Shown here: positions 42,891 through 54,688 of the stretch, piece after piece
How positions within the stretch are numbered: position 1 is the stretch's first letter
How the letters are laid out: every line of letters starts with the position of its first letter
DNA from: an uncultured bacterium
GTDB lineage: Bacteria > Desulfobacterota_D > UBA1144 > Nemesobacterales > UBA2774
Direction of reading: 5' to 3'
DNA length: 64,000 nt
Assembly: GCA_963825135.1 (NCBI GenBank)
Contig: CAWGRW010000009.1
Coordinates: forward strand, 608,001 to 672,000
Program-made: the position numbers and the translations under genes
The notes under the pieces: generated by a model
The model's input: only the letters and a program-made list of their open reading frames with translations
Told to the model about the DNA's origin: nothing
Databases searched by the model: none

Positions 42891-44942
42891 ATGAAAGATA
42901 GAATAAAGCTCACTGAAAATTTATTTGAAGAGTTCCCTGAGATCACGCCGGCCGAGTGGACGGCCGAGATCGTAAAGGACCTGAACGGCGGGGACATAGG
43001 CAAGCTCGGCTGGAGAACTTACGAGGGGTTCACGGTCAGCCCCTTCTATACGGAAGGCGACCTGGATGCGGCCCGGTACATAACGGAGCAAATTCCGGGC
43101 GAATTCCCGTATGCCCGCGGCAACGAGAAAAATAGCAACGACTGGAAGATAAACGAATACATAGCGTCGGGCAGCGTAAAAGAGGCGAACGGCATGGCGC
43201 TCAGGAGCCTGCGGTCAGGGGCGGAGGCCCTCACGTTCGTTTGCGAGGCCGGGCACGGGCGCATATCGGGCATTCCGGTCGAGAGCGTCCGCGATATGTC
43301 CGCCCTCTTAAAAGACATCCCGCTCGACGAGGTCCCCGTGCATTTCAAATGCGGGCTCGCGGCCGGGGCGATACTGTCGATGTTCGTAATCGCAGCCGGA
43401 AAGCGAGGGTTTGAAAAAAACAAACTCGGGGGCTCGGTCGACGCCGACCCTCTGAAAGCGCTCGCGCTTACGGGCTCGCTGCCCGCGGCAGGCGGCGAGC
43501 CTTTTCGGGAAATCGCGGCGATGATTTCATATTTAAGCCGCAACATGCCCTCGTTCGGGGCCCTCTCCGTCTCGGGACACCATTTCCACGATTCGGGCGC
43601 TTGTGCGACCGAGGAGCTCGCCTTCACGCTGGCAGCGGGCGTGGAATACCTGGACCGGCTGACCTCTGCGGGCCTGAGCATCGACCGGATATCGCCGCAC
43701 ATGAGGTTCTCGTTCTCGATTGGCTCCAATTATTTCATGGAGATCTCGAAGCTCCGCGCGGCGAGGCTCCTCTGGGCGCACATCGCCGGGCAGTACGGGG
43801 CACGCGGCGAATCATCGAAAAAAATGAAGATAGACGCGAGGACGTCCTCCTGGAACAAGACCGTCTTCGACCCGTACGTGAACATGCTGAGGGGCACGGC
43901 CGAGGCCATGGCGGCGGCGATAGGAGGGGCCGAGACCCTGTACGTGCAGCCGCTCGACTCGACCTTTAAAAAGCCCGACGAGTTCTCGCGCAGGATGGCG
44001 AGGAATACTCAGCTGATTATAAAGAACGAATCCTACCTCGACCGCGTCATAGACCCGTCGGGGGGCTCCTATTACATAGAGCGGCTCACGGATTCGCTCG
44101 CTGGAGCGGCATGGGAGATGTTTAAGAACGTGGAGGGCATGGGCGGTCTCGTTGAGGCCCTGAAAGCGGGATTCGTCCAGGGCGAGATAGAAAAGACCGG
44201 GAACGAAAAGGATATGGATATCGCGTGCGGGAGCGCGGCGCTCCTGGGCATAAACCGGTACCCGAACCCGGACGAAAAGGGTCCGAAGAAGATAGACAGC
44301 GGGCTCCCCGAAAAGGCGCTCCGCAGATCGGGGAAGAATATAAAAGCCGGGAGCGAGGATTCCCTCGAAGAAATGATCGCCTTCTTTTCGGAGAAAAATT
44401 CCCTCCTGGGAGACGTCCTTCCGGACGAGCCTGAAAAGCCCGAATCCGGGATAAGACGGTTGAGGCCCTACAGGGGGGCGGAACCGTTCGAGGAACTGAG
44501 GCTCGCGGCCTTGAGACACAAAAAGGAGACGGGCTCGGCGCCCGCGGTCTTTTTGCTGCCGGTCGGAAACCCGTCCGCGCGCAACGCGAGGGCCGCGTTC
44601 TCTACCAACTTTTTCGGGTGCGCGGGCTTTAAGATAATAGACGGCCCCGGCTTCGATACGGCTGAGGACGGGGTAAGGGCGGCCCTCAAAAGCGGGGCGG
44701 ACATAGCGGTCATTTGCGCCTCCGACGGCGAATACCCGGAACTGGCTCCCGGAATATGCAAAGCGCTCAGGGAGAAGAACCCGGACGTCCGTATCCTGAT
44801 CGCCGGCAATCCCAAGGGGCACATCGACGCCCTTAAGGCCGCGGGCGTAGACGACTTCATACACTCAGGCTCAAACGCAATACAAATCCTGAGCAAGTAT
44901 CAGGAGATATCCGGCATAAAGAAATACGGAGAGGAAAACTGA
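42891..44942 (+). CDS. mutA: Methylmalonyl-CoA mutase small subunit
   Basis: MCM fold (EISKLRAARLLW, RRMARNTQLII); lacks the DxHxxG cobalamin motif. Confidence 0.88.
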   Translation: MKDRIKLTENLFEEFPEITPAEWTAEIVKDLNGGDIGKLGWRTYEGFTVSPFYTEGDLDAARYITEQIPGEFPYARGNEKNSNDWKINEYIASGSVKEANGMALRSLRSGAEALTFVCEAGHGRISGIPVESVRDMSALLKDIPLDEVPVHFKCGLAAGAILSMFVIAAGKRGFEKNKLGGSVDADPLKALALTGSLPAAGGEPFREIAAMISYLSRNMPSFGALSVSGHHFHDSGACATEELAFTLAAGVEYLDRLTSAGLSIDRISPHMRFSFSIGSNYFMEISKLRAARLLWAHIAGQYGARGESSKKMKIDARTSSWNKTVFDPYVNMLRGTAEAMAAAIGGAETLYVQPLDSTFKKPDEFSRRMARNTQLIIKNESYLDRVIDPSGGSYYIERLTDSLAGAAWEMFKNVEGMGGLVEALKAGFVQGEIEKTGNEKDMDIACGSAALLGINRYPNPDEKGPKKIDSGLPEKALRRSGKNIKAGSEDSLEEMIAFFSEKNSLLGDVLPDEPEKPESGIRRLRPYRGAEPFEELRLAALRHKKETGSAPAVFLLPVGNPSARNARAAFSTNFFGCAGFKIIDGPGFDTAEDGVRAALKSGADIAVICASDGEYPELAPGICKALREKNPDVRILIAGNPKGHIDALKAAGVDDFIHSGSNAIQILSKYQEISGIKKYGEEN

Positions 44943-44943
44943 C

Positions 44944-47101
44944 TTGAGACCCGATTTTTCGAAGACCGATTACAGGGGCGGGAGGCGCGGGAGATCAGGA
45001 GACGGGCTCAGTACCCGGGAGCTCGGAATGGATGACCCCCGAGGATATCCCTGTCATGCCCGTCTACACGAAAGAGGACCTGGGCGGCATCGGGCACCTC
45101 CGTTACGCTGCGGGCCTGCCGCCATACCTCCGGGGCCCGTATCCGTCTATGTACCTGACCCGGCCCTGGACCATACGCCAGTACGCGGGGTTCTCGACCG
45201 CCGAGGAATCAAACGCGTTTTACAGGAGGAACCTGGCGGCCGGGCAGAAGGGGCTCTCGGTGGCTTTCGATCTCCCCACGCACAGGGGCTACGACTCCGA
45301 CCACGAAAGGGTGACGGGCGACGTGGGCAAGGCGGGCGTGGCGATAGATTCGGTGCTCGACATGAAGCTCCTCTTCAACGAAATACCGCTCGACGAGATT
45401 TCCGTTTCAATGACCATGAACGGCGCCGTGCTTCCCGTAATGGCGTTCTACATAGTAACGGCCGAGGAGCAGGGCGTGAGCCCGGACAAGCTCAACGGGA
45501 CGATACAGAACGATATCCTCAAGGAATTCATGGTCAGGAACACCTACATCTACCCGCCCGTGCCCTCGATGAGGATAATCGCGGACATATTTAAATACAC
45601 GGCGGAGCGGATGCCGAAATTCAATTCGATAAGCGTGAGCGGCTACCACATGGAAGAGGCGGGAGCGTCGTCCGATATAGAGCTCGCGTATACGCTCGCG
45701 GACGGCCTCGAATACGTCAGGGCGGGGCTCGGCGCGGGCATGAAGATAGACGACTTCGCCCCCAGGATATCGTTCTTCTGGGGCATAGGGATGAACCATT
45801 TCATGGAGATAGCCAAGATGAGGGCGGCGAGGATGATCTGGGCCAAATTAATAAAGGGGTTCGACCCGGGGAACCCGAAATCGATGGCCCTCAGGACCCA
45901 CTGCCAGACCTCCGGATGGAGTTTGACCGAGCAGGACCCGTTTAATAACGCCGTGAGGACGTGCGTCGAGGCCCTGGCCGCGGTGCTGGGCGGCACGCAG
46001 TCGCTCCATACGAACGCGCTCGACGAGGCCATAGCGCTCCCTACGGACTTCTCGGCGCGGATTGCGCGGAATACCCAGATATACCTCGAGCAGGAGACGA
46101 ATATATGCAGGTCTATTGACCCCTGGGCCGGTTCTTATTATGTTGAATACCTGACGGACAGGATAGCCCGCCGCTCGTGGGCGCTCATCGAGGAAGTGGA
46201 GAAGCTGGGAGGGATGGCGAAGGCCATAGAGACCGGCCTGCCGAAGATGAGGATCGAAGAGGCCGCGGCCAGAAAACAGGCGCGGATCGATTCGGGACAG
46301 GACACGATAGTCGGAGTCAATAAATACAGGGCGGACGAGGAGCAGGAATTCGAGATACTCGAAGTGGACAACACCGCAGTCAGGTCGGCTCAGCTGGAGC
46401 GCCTGAAAAAGCTGAAAAAAGCCCGGAACAACGACGCGGTCCGCGAGGCTCTGGACGCTATAACGAAATGCGCCGGGACGGGCGAGGGGAACCTGCTGGG
46501 GCTTGCAGTGGAGGCGGCGCGCAAGCGCGCGACGCTCGGTGAGATATCCATGGCGTGCGAGCGGGTATTCGGACGCTACAAGGCGGTGATACGCACTATT
46601 TCAGGAGTTTATTCGGGAGAGATGTCGGAGGACGGCGAGTTCAGAAAAGCGAGGGCGCTCGCGGACGAGTTCGCGGGGCTCGAAGGAAGGAGACCGAGGA
46701 TAATGGTCGCCAAGATGGGGCAGGACGGCCACGACAGGGGCGCGAAGGTCATAGCGACGAGCTTCGCTGACATGGGGTTCGACGTCGACATCGGCTCCCT
46801 GTTCCTGACCCCCAGGGAGGCCGCGCGCCAGGCCGTCGAGAACGACGTTCACGTGATAGGCATATCGAGCCTGGCGGCGGGACACAAGACCCTCGTCCCG
46901 GAGCTGATAAAAGAGTTAAGGGATATGGGACGGGGAGACGTGATGGTGGTCGTGGGCGGAGTCATCCCCAGACAGGACTACGGGTTCCTCTACGACGCGG
47001 GGGTCACGGCCGTATTCGGCCCGGGTACGGTGATTTCAAAAGCGGCTCAGGAAATACTGAATGTTCTTATCGGAAAAAGCAGGGATAACGCCCGACCCTG
47101 A
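44944..47101 (+). CDS. mutB: Methylmalonyl-CoA mutase large subunit; 1-nt frameshift between ~44975 and ~45025
   Basis: [22 protein letters not shown]-terminal MRPDFSK is in a different frame from ORF 45032-47101. Confidence 0.95.
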
Positions 47102-47234
47102 CGGAAGGACCTGAAAAAGGACGGACGAGCCCTCCCCTGCCGGCCGGGGGCCGCCCGGATCACATACCCCGGGAAACGGGCCTGAATTCAAGAACGGTGT
47201 GGACATATTATTACAAACCTGAAAAAATAATGAT

Positions 47235-47696
47235 ATGGAAAACGCGCCTAAATTCGAGATGGACAGGATAGCCCCTGAGGACCTCGACGGCATAGTATCC
47301 ATAGAGAACGTGAGCTTCCCGACCCCCTGGCCGAGGCGGGTATTCGAGCGGGAGCTAAAATCCCAGAAGTCGTACAACAGGGTAATCAGGTTCGGCGGCA
47401 TGGTGGTCGGCTACATCGTCACTTGGACGATATACGACGAGGTCCACATACTCAATATCGCGGTGCATCCCGAGTTCAGGAAGATGGGACTGGGGGAGAG
47501 ACTCCTCAGGGACTGCCTCGGGCGCTCGTCGGAGAGCGGCTTGAAATACGCTATCCTGGAAGTGAGGGTATCGAATACGAGGGCCAGGAGCCTCTACGAA
47601 AAGATGGGGTTTAAAACGATCCATACGAGAAGGAAGTACTACTCCGACACCGGGGAAGACGCATACGTCATGATGTTCGAGATCAAGCCCTCCTGA
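47235..47696 (+). CDS. rimI: Ribosomal-protein-alanine N-acetyltransferase
   Basis: SFPTPW, HILNIAVHP, LEVRVSN, RRKYYSDTGEDA. Confidence 0.93.
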   Translation: MENAPKFEMDRIAPEDLDGIVSIENVSFPTPWPRRVFERELKSQKSYNRVIRFGGMVVGYIVTWTIYDEVHILNIAVHPEFRKMGLGERLLRDCLGRSSESGLKYAILEVRVSNTRARSLYEKMGFKTIHTRRKYYSDTGEDAYVMMFEIKPS

Positions 47697-47714
47697 CCGG
47701 CCCTTAAATACGTC

Positions 47715-48698
47715 TCAGTGTTTCCTCTCCGCCACGTAATCGGCGAGCAGGAGCAGGGATTCCTTGTAAGAGTTATCAGGAACGGACTCAATCGCGCTCC
47801 TCGCTTTGTAAATAAAATTCCTGGCCGCGTCTTTCGTCTTCTCCACCCCGGAGTGCTTTTCGACAAGCCCCCTTATAAACCCGAGCTCGTCGTCGTTAAA
47901 TCCGTCGCCCTTGAGGAGGATGTCCCTCACCCTGGATTTCTCCTGACCCGAGGCCCCGTCGAGCGAATACAGGAGGGGGAGAGTCATCTTGCCCTCAATC
48001 AGGTCTTGGCCCACGCCCTTGCCGAATTCCTTTTCGGAGGAGGAGTAATCGAGCGCGTCGTCCACGAGCTGAAACGCGATGCCGATATTGTAACCGTACT
48101 GGCCGAACGACCGCTTGACCGCTTCGTCAGCACCCGCGAGTATCGCTCCCACCCTGCCGCAGCTCTCGATGAGCGACGCCGTCTTGTTCTCGATTATGCC
48201 GAAACACACTTCCTCCGACACCTCGAGCATATTCTTCGCGCTCATCACCTCCAGCACCTGTCCCTCCGCGAGCTTCGCCGCCGCGTCCGTGACCGCCTTG
48301 ATAAGCTCCAGGCTCCCGCAGGACTGAATGAGCCCGAGCGCCTTCGCCAGCATAAAATCGCCCACCAGCACCGTCGCCTTATTGCCCCAGACCACGTTCG
48401 AGGCCGTTTTCCCGCGCCTGAGCTTCGCCTCGTCGACCACGTCGTCGTGGAGCAGCGTGGCGGTGTGTATCAGCTCGAGGGCCGCGGCGGAGTATATCCT
48501 TTCTTTCCCGTCCCTGAGCCCGCAAGCCCCGCTCGAAAGCAGGAGCACGGAAGGGCGGAGCCTCTTGCCGCCGCTTCCGAGCAGGTACCTGGAAATCTCG
48601 GAGACGAGCGGAACAGGGGATTTTATACAGTCCTCGAGCTCCCTCTCGACTTCTTCAAGGCCCGGATTTATCTCGGAAAGGATATCGGAAAATTCCAT
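47715..48698 (-). CDS. ispB: Polyprenyl diphosphate synthase
   Basis: GGKRLRP, LLHDDVVD, FQLVDDALD. Confidence 0.88.
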   Translation of the reverse strand: MEFSDILSEINPGLEEVERELEDCIKSPVPLVSEISRYLLGSGGKRLRPSVLLLSSGACGLRDGKERIYSAAALELIHTATLLHDDVVDEAKLRRGKTASNVVWGNKATVLVGDFMLAKALGLIQSCGSLELIKAVTDAAAKLAEGQVLEVMSAKNMLEVSEEVCFGIIENKTASLIESCGRVGAILAGADEAVKRSFGQYGYNIGIAFQLVDDALDYSSSEKEFGKGVGQDLIEGKMTLPLLYSLDGASGQEKSRVRDILLKGDGFNDDELGFIRGLVEKHSGVEKTKDAARNFIYKARSAIESVPDNSYKESLLLLADYVAERKH

Positions 48699-48809
48699 CG
48701 CAGTTTAAGTTATCTGAACACCATATAGAAGTCAAAGAGCCTAAAAGATGTGATATTTTGAGTAAATGTTATATTAACTAATATCTTATTCGAGGCACGG
48801 TATTAGCCG

Positions 48810-51800
48810 ATGGTCCCGCTTACGCTGACTGTAAAAAATTTCCTGAGCTACGGGGAGAACATTCCCACCCTTGATTTCAGGGGCTTTACCATCGCCTGTC
48901 TTTCAGGAAAAAACGGGCACGGCAAATCGGCCCTCATAGACGCCGTCACCTGGGCGTTATGGGGAAGGTGCAGGGTCAAGAACAAGGAAGAGGTAATCAA
49001 ACGGGGGGCTTCGGACGCCCGCGTCGAATTCGAATTCGAATCGGATGGAAACGCGTACAGGGTGCTGAGGTCAATTTCCAGAAAAAAAGGGGGCTCCCAG
49101 GGCTCGATAGACCTCCAGGTATTCGACGGAGACTCGGACTCGTACAGGCCGCTCGACCAGGGCGCCAGGGCGCAGAGCACGATCGAGAAGATACTGAAGA
49201 TGGACTACAACTCCTTTATCTGTTCTTCGTTCATACTCCAGGGGATGGCCGACGAATTCACGAAGAGGACGCCCGCGGAGAGGAAGGAGGTATTGTCAAA
49301 GATACTGGAGCTCGACGAATACGAGACGCTGACCAAGAGAGCGCGCGAGCACGCCCAGGCCTCGGGGCTTTCGGCAGGCTCGCTCGAGAGCGAAGCGTCC
49401 CGGATGGAGAACGAGATCTCCGCTAAAGATACGTACGAGAGCAAACTCCTGGAGCTAAGGGGCGAGGAGGAAAAGGTCTCAGGGAGCATCGCCGAATTCG
49501 AATCCATCCGGAGCGCGCTGATCGGAGAATACGAGTCTGTAAAGTCGAGGCTAGAGACGGTGTCGAGACTGAGCGGTGAGAGAGAGAACGCCCTATCCCT
49601 ATACGCCAGGCTCGAGCGCGAGCTCTGCGGATGTCATGGAAAACATCGGGCGGGACCGGGAAATCGTTTCGAGGGAAGACGAGATACGGAAGGCGTTCGC
49701 GGAATACGAAACCGTCCGCGAGCGAGAAAGGGTAATGAGCGGGAAGGAGCTCGCGCAATCGAACCTGGGAAAGGAGATCGAGAGCGTAAGCGGGCTTATA
49801 CAGAACGAACGGGCAAAATTAGAGCAGAAGACGGGTGCGCTCAGAGCCGGCATAGAGGGGTATCGAAAGATTATCCTGGGAACGGAAGAGACCCTCGCGA
49901 GGCGGCGGGAGATAGAAGAAGGGAATACGAAGCTCGGGGACGCCCGCGCCTCGGACGCGGTCATGAACGGGAAGAGGGCCGAGGCGCTGGTGCTGGACGC
50001 CGGGAGCGCCGAGCTCGGCCGCAGGATCGAGCAAAAGAGAACGGAGCTCGAGACGAGGGCAAGGGAGCTCTGAGGCCAAAATAAGAGAGCTCACGGCGAG
50101 GGCCTCTTCGTCGCAGAGGCTCGCAGGTGAGATCGCCGGGCTCAAGACCCGGATCGAGGAATGCGCCGGGATATCGCAAAAGGCCGGGGAGCAGAGGGAT
50201 GAGCTCAGGAGGATCGGCGGGGAGAAAAAAGCCGCCGGAGCCAGGAAGTCCGAGCTCGAGAAAAGAAAAACCGAGGAGGAGCAAAAGCTCCGCGTGCTTA
50301 CCGGCGGGGACAAAGGCGCACACTGCCCGCTCTGCGAGTCGCCGCTCGAAGAGGAGGCGAAAGCCGCGCTCATGGAAAAACTCGGGACGGTTATATCGGA
50401 GTTGGGCGAAGCCGTGCGTGCAAGCGCGGAGGAAATCGCCGCGGTCGAGCGGAGAGAGAAGGCCATCAGGGACGAGCTCGTCCCGGCCGACGCTACGACC
50501 GCGCTCCTGCCCGGACTTTACGAGGGGCTCGGGACGAAGGAACAGAACCTCAGGGAATCGGAAGCGGCCTCGCTCGAGCTCGGGGAGGCTGAAAAAAGTT
50601 ATAATAGCGTCTCCGAAACGATAGCCGGCGGAGAATTCAGGAGAGAGTACGATAAAGAGTTAAATGAGATCGAGCAAAAAAGATCGGCGCTCGGCTACGA
50701 CGCGGCCCTCCATGCCGAGCTCGGAAAGAAGATAGAATCGCTCAGAAAATACGAAACGCAGTACGAGCTCCTTCAGAAGGAAATAACGCGGAAGCGGGAG
50801 GCGGAGCGCGAGATCGCGAAGGCGGAAGGGGAGCTCGAGCCGCTTTCGAGGGACCTCGAAGAAGGGCGTTACGCAGAAAAATTTAAGGAACGCATGACGG
50901 GGCTCCGGGAGGAGCTCGGCAAGCTCGGCTACGATGAAGCGGAGCACGGAGCTATGAGAGAAGCGCTCGAGGCCCTCGAGCGGAGGGCGGGCGAGAAAGA
51001 GACGCTCGAAAGGGCGATGCTCAGCCTCAATATGCGGGAGAACGAGGAGAAAAAATTGAGGGAGCGGATAGGCGAGGAAGAGGTCAGGCTCAAGCGGATC
51101 GAGGAGGAAATCTCCGCGCACAAGGACATCGAGCACCTCGCGAGGGACATAAAGGAAAGGATGTCGGCCGCCGAAAGCAGGGTATCGGCGCTTAACAAAC
51201 AAAAGGACGAGCTCGTCATGGATGTGAGCAGATGCGCGAGCGCTCTTGAGAGAATAGAACAGCTCACGGTCAGAAAAAACGAGATAAACGAAAAAATAGC
51301 GAAGACGAAACACGAGATCACGATATTCCAGGAGCTCGCGAAGGCGTTCGGCAAGAACGGACTCCAGGCGCTCATCATCGAGCACGCGGTCCCGGAGATA
51401 GAGACGGAGGCGAATAAGATACTCAACAAGCTCACGGAAGGCAGCATGGCCCTCAGTCTCGAGATGGTGAAGCCCACGCAGAAGGGAGGGGAGAAGGAAA
51501 CCCTCGAAATCTACATAGGCGACTCATCGGGCACGCGGAGCTACGAGACCTTCTCGGGCGGGGAGGCGTTCCGGATAGATTTCGCGCTCAGGGTCGGCAT
51601 ATCGAAATTCATAGCGAACCGCTCGGGCGCGCAGCTCCGGACCCTCGTAATCGACGAAGGGTTCGGCACGCAGGACAGGGACGGGCTCAACAACTTCGTG
51701 CAGGTAATAAATTCTATAAAGGACGACTTCGACAAGATACTGGCGATAACGCACGTCGATGAGCTCAAGGAGAGGTTCCCGGTCAGGATCGAGGTGACGA

Positions 51801-51844
51801 AGGAGCCGGGTTCGGGTTCGAGCTTCGAGGTGGTATATACCTGA
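48810..51844 (+). CDS. sbcC: SbcC/Rad50-like ATPase, split by two 1-nt insertions (~49626, ~50071)
   Basis: GKNGHGKS, zinc hook CPLC, FSGGE, IDEGFG; three ORFs join into one frame if each extra T is removed. Confidence 0.9.
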
Positions 51845-51906
51845 CGGGCGTCCCGCCCCGCGGCCGGAAGGGACGGCCCGCGCACGACAGGCGAACGGAT
51901 AAAATT

Positions 51907-52512
51907 ATGAACTGGCTCGATATTACAATAGTCGCGGTAATCGCGCTCTTTACGCTCGCAGGGTTCTCGAGTGGTCTCGTGAGCCAGATATTCTCTATCG
52001 CGGCCCTCGCGGGTGGGCTCGTAATCGGCTTCATATTCTACGACCTGCTGGGCGGGGTGTTTTTAAAGGAAAGGCTCGTGGAAAACAGGTCCATAGCGGA
52101 CGTCGGCGGCTTTATTGTCCTGACGTTCGCGTCCTACGTGATCATCCAGCTTGCCGGCTGGATGACGACGAAGCTGATCGGCACTCTGCACCTGAGCTGG
52201 CTCAACAGGATATGCGGGGCCGCCCTGGGGGCGGTGACCGGAGCCGTAACCGCGTTCCTGCTCTCGTCGTGCCTGAGCCTCTTTTACCACGGGAACGACC
52301 CCGTGTTCAGAAACTCCGCGCTCCTTCCGTATCTCGACCGGGCGGCGCTCGTCGTGAGGGGGGCCCTCCCCGGGGACTTCGAGAAGAGCTTCAACGACGC
52401 GAGGAATCTCGTGAGGGAAGAGGGCCTGAAAGCCGCGATGAAGATCAAGGACTCGGAAGCCGTGAAGGGAATCCTTAAAGAGAACGATGGCGCGCAGGGA
52501 AAAAAGGACTGA
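51907..52512 (+). CDS. cvpA: CvpA family membrane protein
   Basis: MNWLDI, LSWLNRICGAALG, TM pattern. Confidence 0.85.
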   Translation: MNWLDITIVAVIALFTLAGFSSGLVSQIFSIAALAGGLVIGFIFYDLLGGVFLKERLVENRSIADVGGFIVLTFASYVIIQLAGWMTTKLIGTLHLSWLNRICGAALGAVTGAVTAFLLSSCLSLFYHGNDPVFRNSALLPYLDRAALVVRGALPGDFEKSFNDARNLVREEGLKAAMKIKDSEAVKGILKENDGAQGKKD

Positions 52513-52610
52513 CAGGCCGCACGCGCGCGGGCGTGTCCCGCAAGCCACTTATACTCCAAAACGAAACACCGACTTTCTTAATGCCGTTATTTTGGTAATA
52601 TTATCTGACA

Positions 52611-53624
52611 ATGATAGGCATAGAGACGCTCGACGAATTCATTATAAGAAAGCAATCCGAATTACCCTACGCTCACGGAGACCTGTCGAGGCTGCTGAGG
52701 GACATCGGCCTCGCGGCGAAGATCGTCAACAGAGAGGTGAACAAGGCGGGTCTCGTCGACATACTCGGGAGCACGGGAAAGAAGAACGTCCAGGGGGAGG
52801 AGGTAAAGAAGCTCGACGTGTTCGCGAACCGGAGGTTCATCGCGGCTCTCGAGCTGGGCGGACAGTGCTGCGGCATCGCGTCCGAAGAGAACAAGGACTT
52901 CATAACGTTTCACGACGAGATATCCAAGGACGCGAACTACGTCGTGGCGCTCGACCCGCTCGACGGCTCGTCCAACATCGACGTCAACGTATCGGTCGGG
53001 ACCATATTTTCGATATATAGACGGGTCTCCCCTCTGGACGGCGCTGTAACGAAGGAAGACTTTCTTCAGACAGGAAGGAAGCAGGCCGCGGCGGGCTATA
53101 TAATATACGGCTCGTCCACCATGCTCGTTTATACGACGGGATTCGGCGTAAACGGCTTCACGCTCGACCCCTCTATCGGCGAATTCTGCCTTTCCCATCC
53201 GAATATGATCATCCCGAAGACGGCCAAGACGTATTCGGTGAACCAGGGGAACTTCCTGAGCTTTCCCGAAGGCGTAAAACAGTACATCAGGTATTGCAAA
53301 GAACTGGACAAGGCGACGAACCGCCCGTATTCCCTCAGGTACATAGGCTCGATGGTGGCGGATATACACCGGAACCTCATCACCGGAGGGGTATTCCTCT
53401 ATCCCGCCACATCGGACGCGCCCAACGGCAAGCTGAGGCTCCTCTACGAATGCAACCCGATGTCGTTTATCGTCGAGCAGGCTGGAGGCAGGGCGACCGA
53501 CGGATCGAGACACATACTCGACATCAAGCCCGGGGAGCTCCACCAAAGAACGCCTGTATTCATAGGGTCGGAGCAGATGGTTTTAAAGCTGGAGGAATTC
53601 ATAAAAGAGCATCCTGCGGATTGA
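52611..53624 (+). CDS. fbp: Class 1 fructose-1,6-bisphosphatase
   Basis: [32 protein letters not shown]. Confidence 0.98.
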   Translation: MIGIETLDEFIIRKQSELPYAHGDLSRLLRDIGLAAKIVNREVNKAGLVDILGSTGKKNVQGEEVKKLDVFANRRFIAALELGGQCCGIASEENKDFITFHDEISKDANYVVALDPLDGSSNIDVNVSVGTIFSIYRRVSPLDGAVTKEDFLQTGRKQAAAGYIIYGSSTMLVYTTGFGVNGFTLDPSIGEFCLSHPNMIIPKTAKTYSVNQGNFLSFPEGVKQYIRYCKELDKATNRPYSLRYIGSMVADIHRNLITGGVFLYPATSDAPNGKLRLLYECNPMSFIVEQAGGRATDGSRHILDIKPGELHQRTPVFIGSEQMVLKLEEFIKEHPAD

Positions 53625-53770
53625 GCGGAAGGGGAAGTCTCGCCGGGCTCAGCACGACGACGCGCGCTCCCGGAAATAAAAAAACACATATCCCGTAACC
53701 GTTCACAATCCCTTAACATTCTGGTGTTATTTCGCCGAGAATTTGCTTCGTTTTCGGGCGCCGGATTTAC

Positions 53771-53798
53771 TTGACTTTTCAAAGTCAGGGTGTATCGT
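53771..53798 (+). promoter_or_regulatory. Sigma70-like promoter with an overlapping 7-bp inverted repeat
   Basis: TTGACT-16 nt-TATCGT; TGACTTT-TC-AAAGTCA at 53772-53787. Confidence 0.45.
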
Positions 53799-53830
53799 TT
53801 CAGATAAATCACCGCTACGGGAGAATTAAC

Positions 53831-54013
53831 ATGGAAATCGAACTTGAACTGCATTTAAAGGACGATGACTGGGAAGATGATGAGGACGAATGGGACGAAG
53901 ACGAGGAAGAATTATGGGACGAGGACGAAGATGAGGAGCTTGACGAAGACGAGGATTGGGACGAAGAAGACGAAGAGGAATGGGAGCAGGAAGAAGAGCA
54001 GTCAATCAACTGA
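53831..54013 (+). CDS. 60-aa hyperacidic protein (41 D/E, 5 W)
   Basis: GGGAG RBS, ATG at 53831, varied GAN codons indicating a coding sequence. Confidence 0.7.
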   Translation: MEIELELHLKDDDWEDDEDEWDEDEEELWDEDEDEELDEDEDWDEEDEEEWEQEEEQSIN

Positions 54014-54141
54014 GGGTCAGCTTACACAATAACGAACATCCCAATAAGTTTCCGGGAAAATCAAACAAGCCTTGAACTGAAGAATCCGACACAAGCCGAG
54101 CCGTTTTAATCTCCGGATTGAGACAACGACGGCGCTGTGAC

Positions 54142-54198
54142 AAAAAAAGAAAACCGAATACGGATGATGCCCGGGGCCGGATTCGAACCGGCACGGGC
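54142..54198 (-). repeat. Duplicate of the tRNA-Leu 3' end plus flank (distal att site)
   Basis: GGATGATGCCCGGGGCCGGATTCGAACCGGCACGGGC versus GGATGGTGCCCGGGGCCGGACTCGAACCGGCACGGGC at 59805-59841; similarity extends into the A-rich flank. Confidence 0.9.
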
Positions 54199-54290
54199 AG
54201 TTTCCGCCCCGACTGCAGATCCGTCCCGTATCCGTAGAATTAGTTATTGCGGGGAAAGGTCCGTTTATTCGCTTTCCCGCCGTCGGGATT

Positions 54291-54336
54291 AAAAAAAGCC
54301 CCGGCCAAGGTTCAGGAGGAGCTTAGTCCGGGGCTT
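54291..54336 (-). terminator. Intrinsic terminator, possibly the 3' end of a small RNA
   Basis: AAGCCCCGG...CCGGGGCTTTTTTT on the minus strand. Confidence 0.7.
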
Positions 54337-54421
54337 GCATTTGAACCTCTGTGGAAAGGTCGGTTAATTATATCCCCATTCCGGAAAAGGCGGGCGTCCG
54401 AAATATAAATAAGAGCCCGGC

Positions 54422-54688
54422 TATGAATTCACGGCAGCCTTTCTTATTGGTTTCAGTTACTACTGAGCAGCATGCAACTCACTTCTCTGCCGTCGGCCAA
54501 TCGGGTCCGGTTTATTTTGGGTTCAATGGATCATCCCACGAACACAAGCTTTCGAGTAGTCAGCCCAGGACGTCCGAATTCTCTTATTCATCGAATTCGT
54601 TGCTCGCTTGTAACCGTTTGCGCACGGCGAAGAACACTCCGACGAGCATAAGTCCCGCAGCGGCCGCGATCATGCCCCATTCGGAAAG
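54422..54688. repeat. Array repeat copy 1 (3' flank plus sorting-signal DNA, long 'NEFDE' type)
   Basis: Near-identical to 57099-57365. Confidence 0.92.

Noticed and set aside
54162..54210. Second intact tRNA-Leu
   Set aside because: Only the T-arm and 3' acceptor half are present; no D-arm or anticodon arm.
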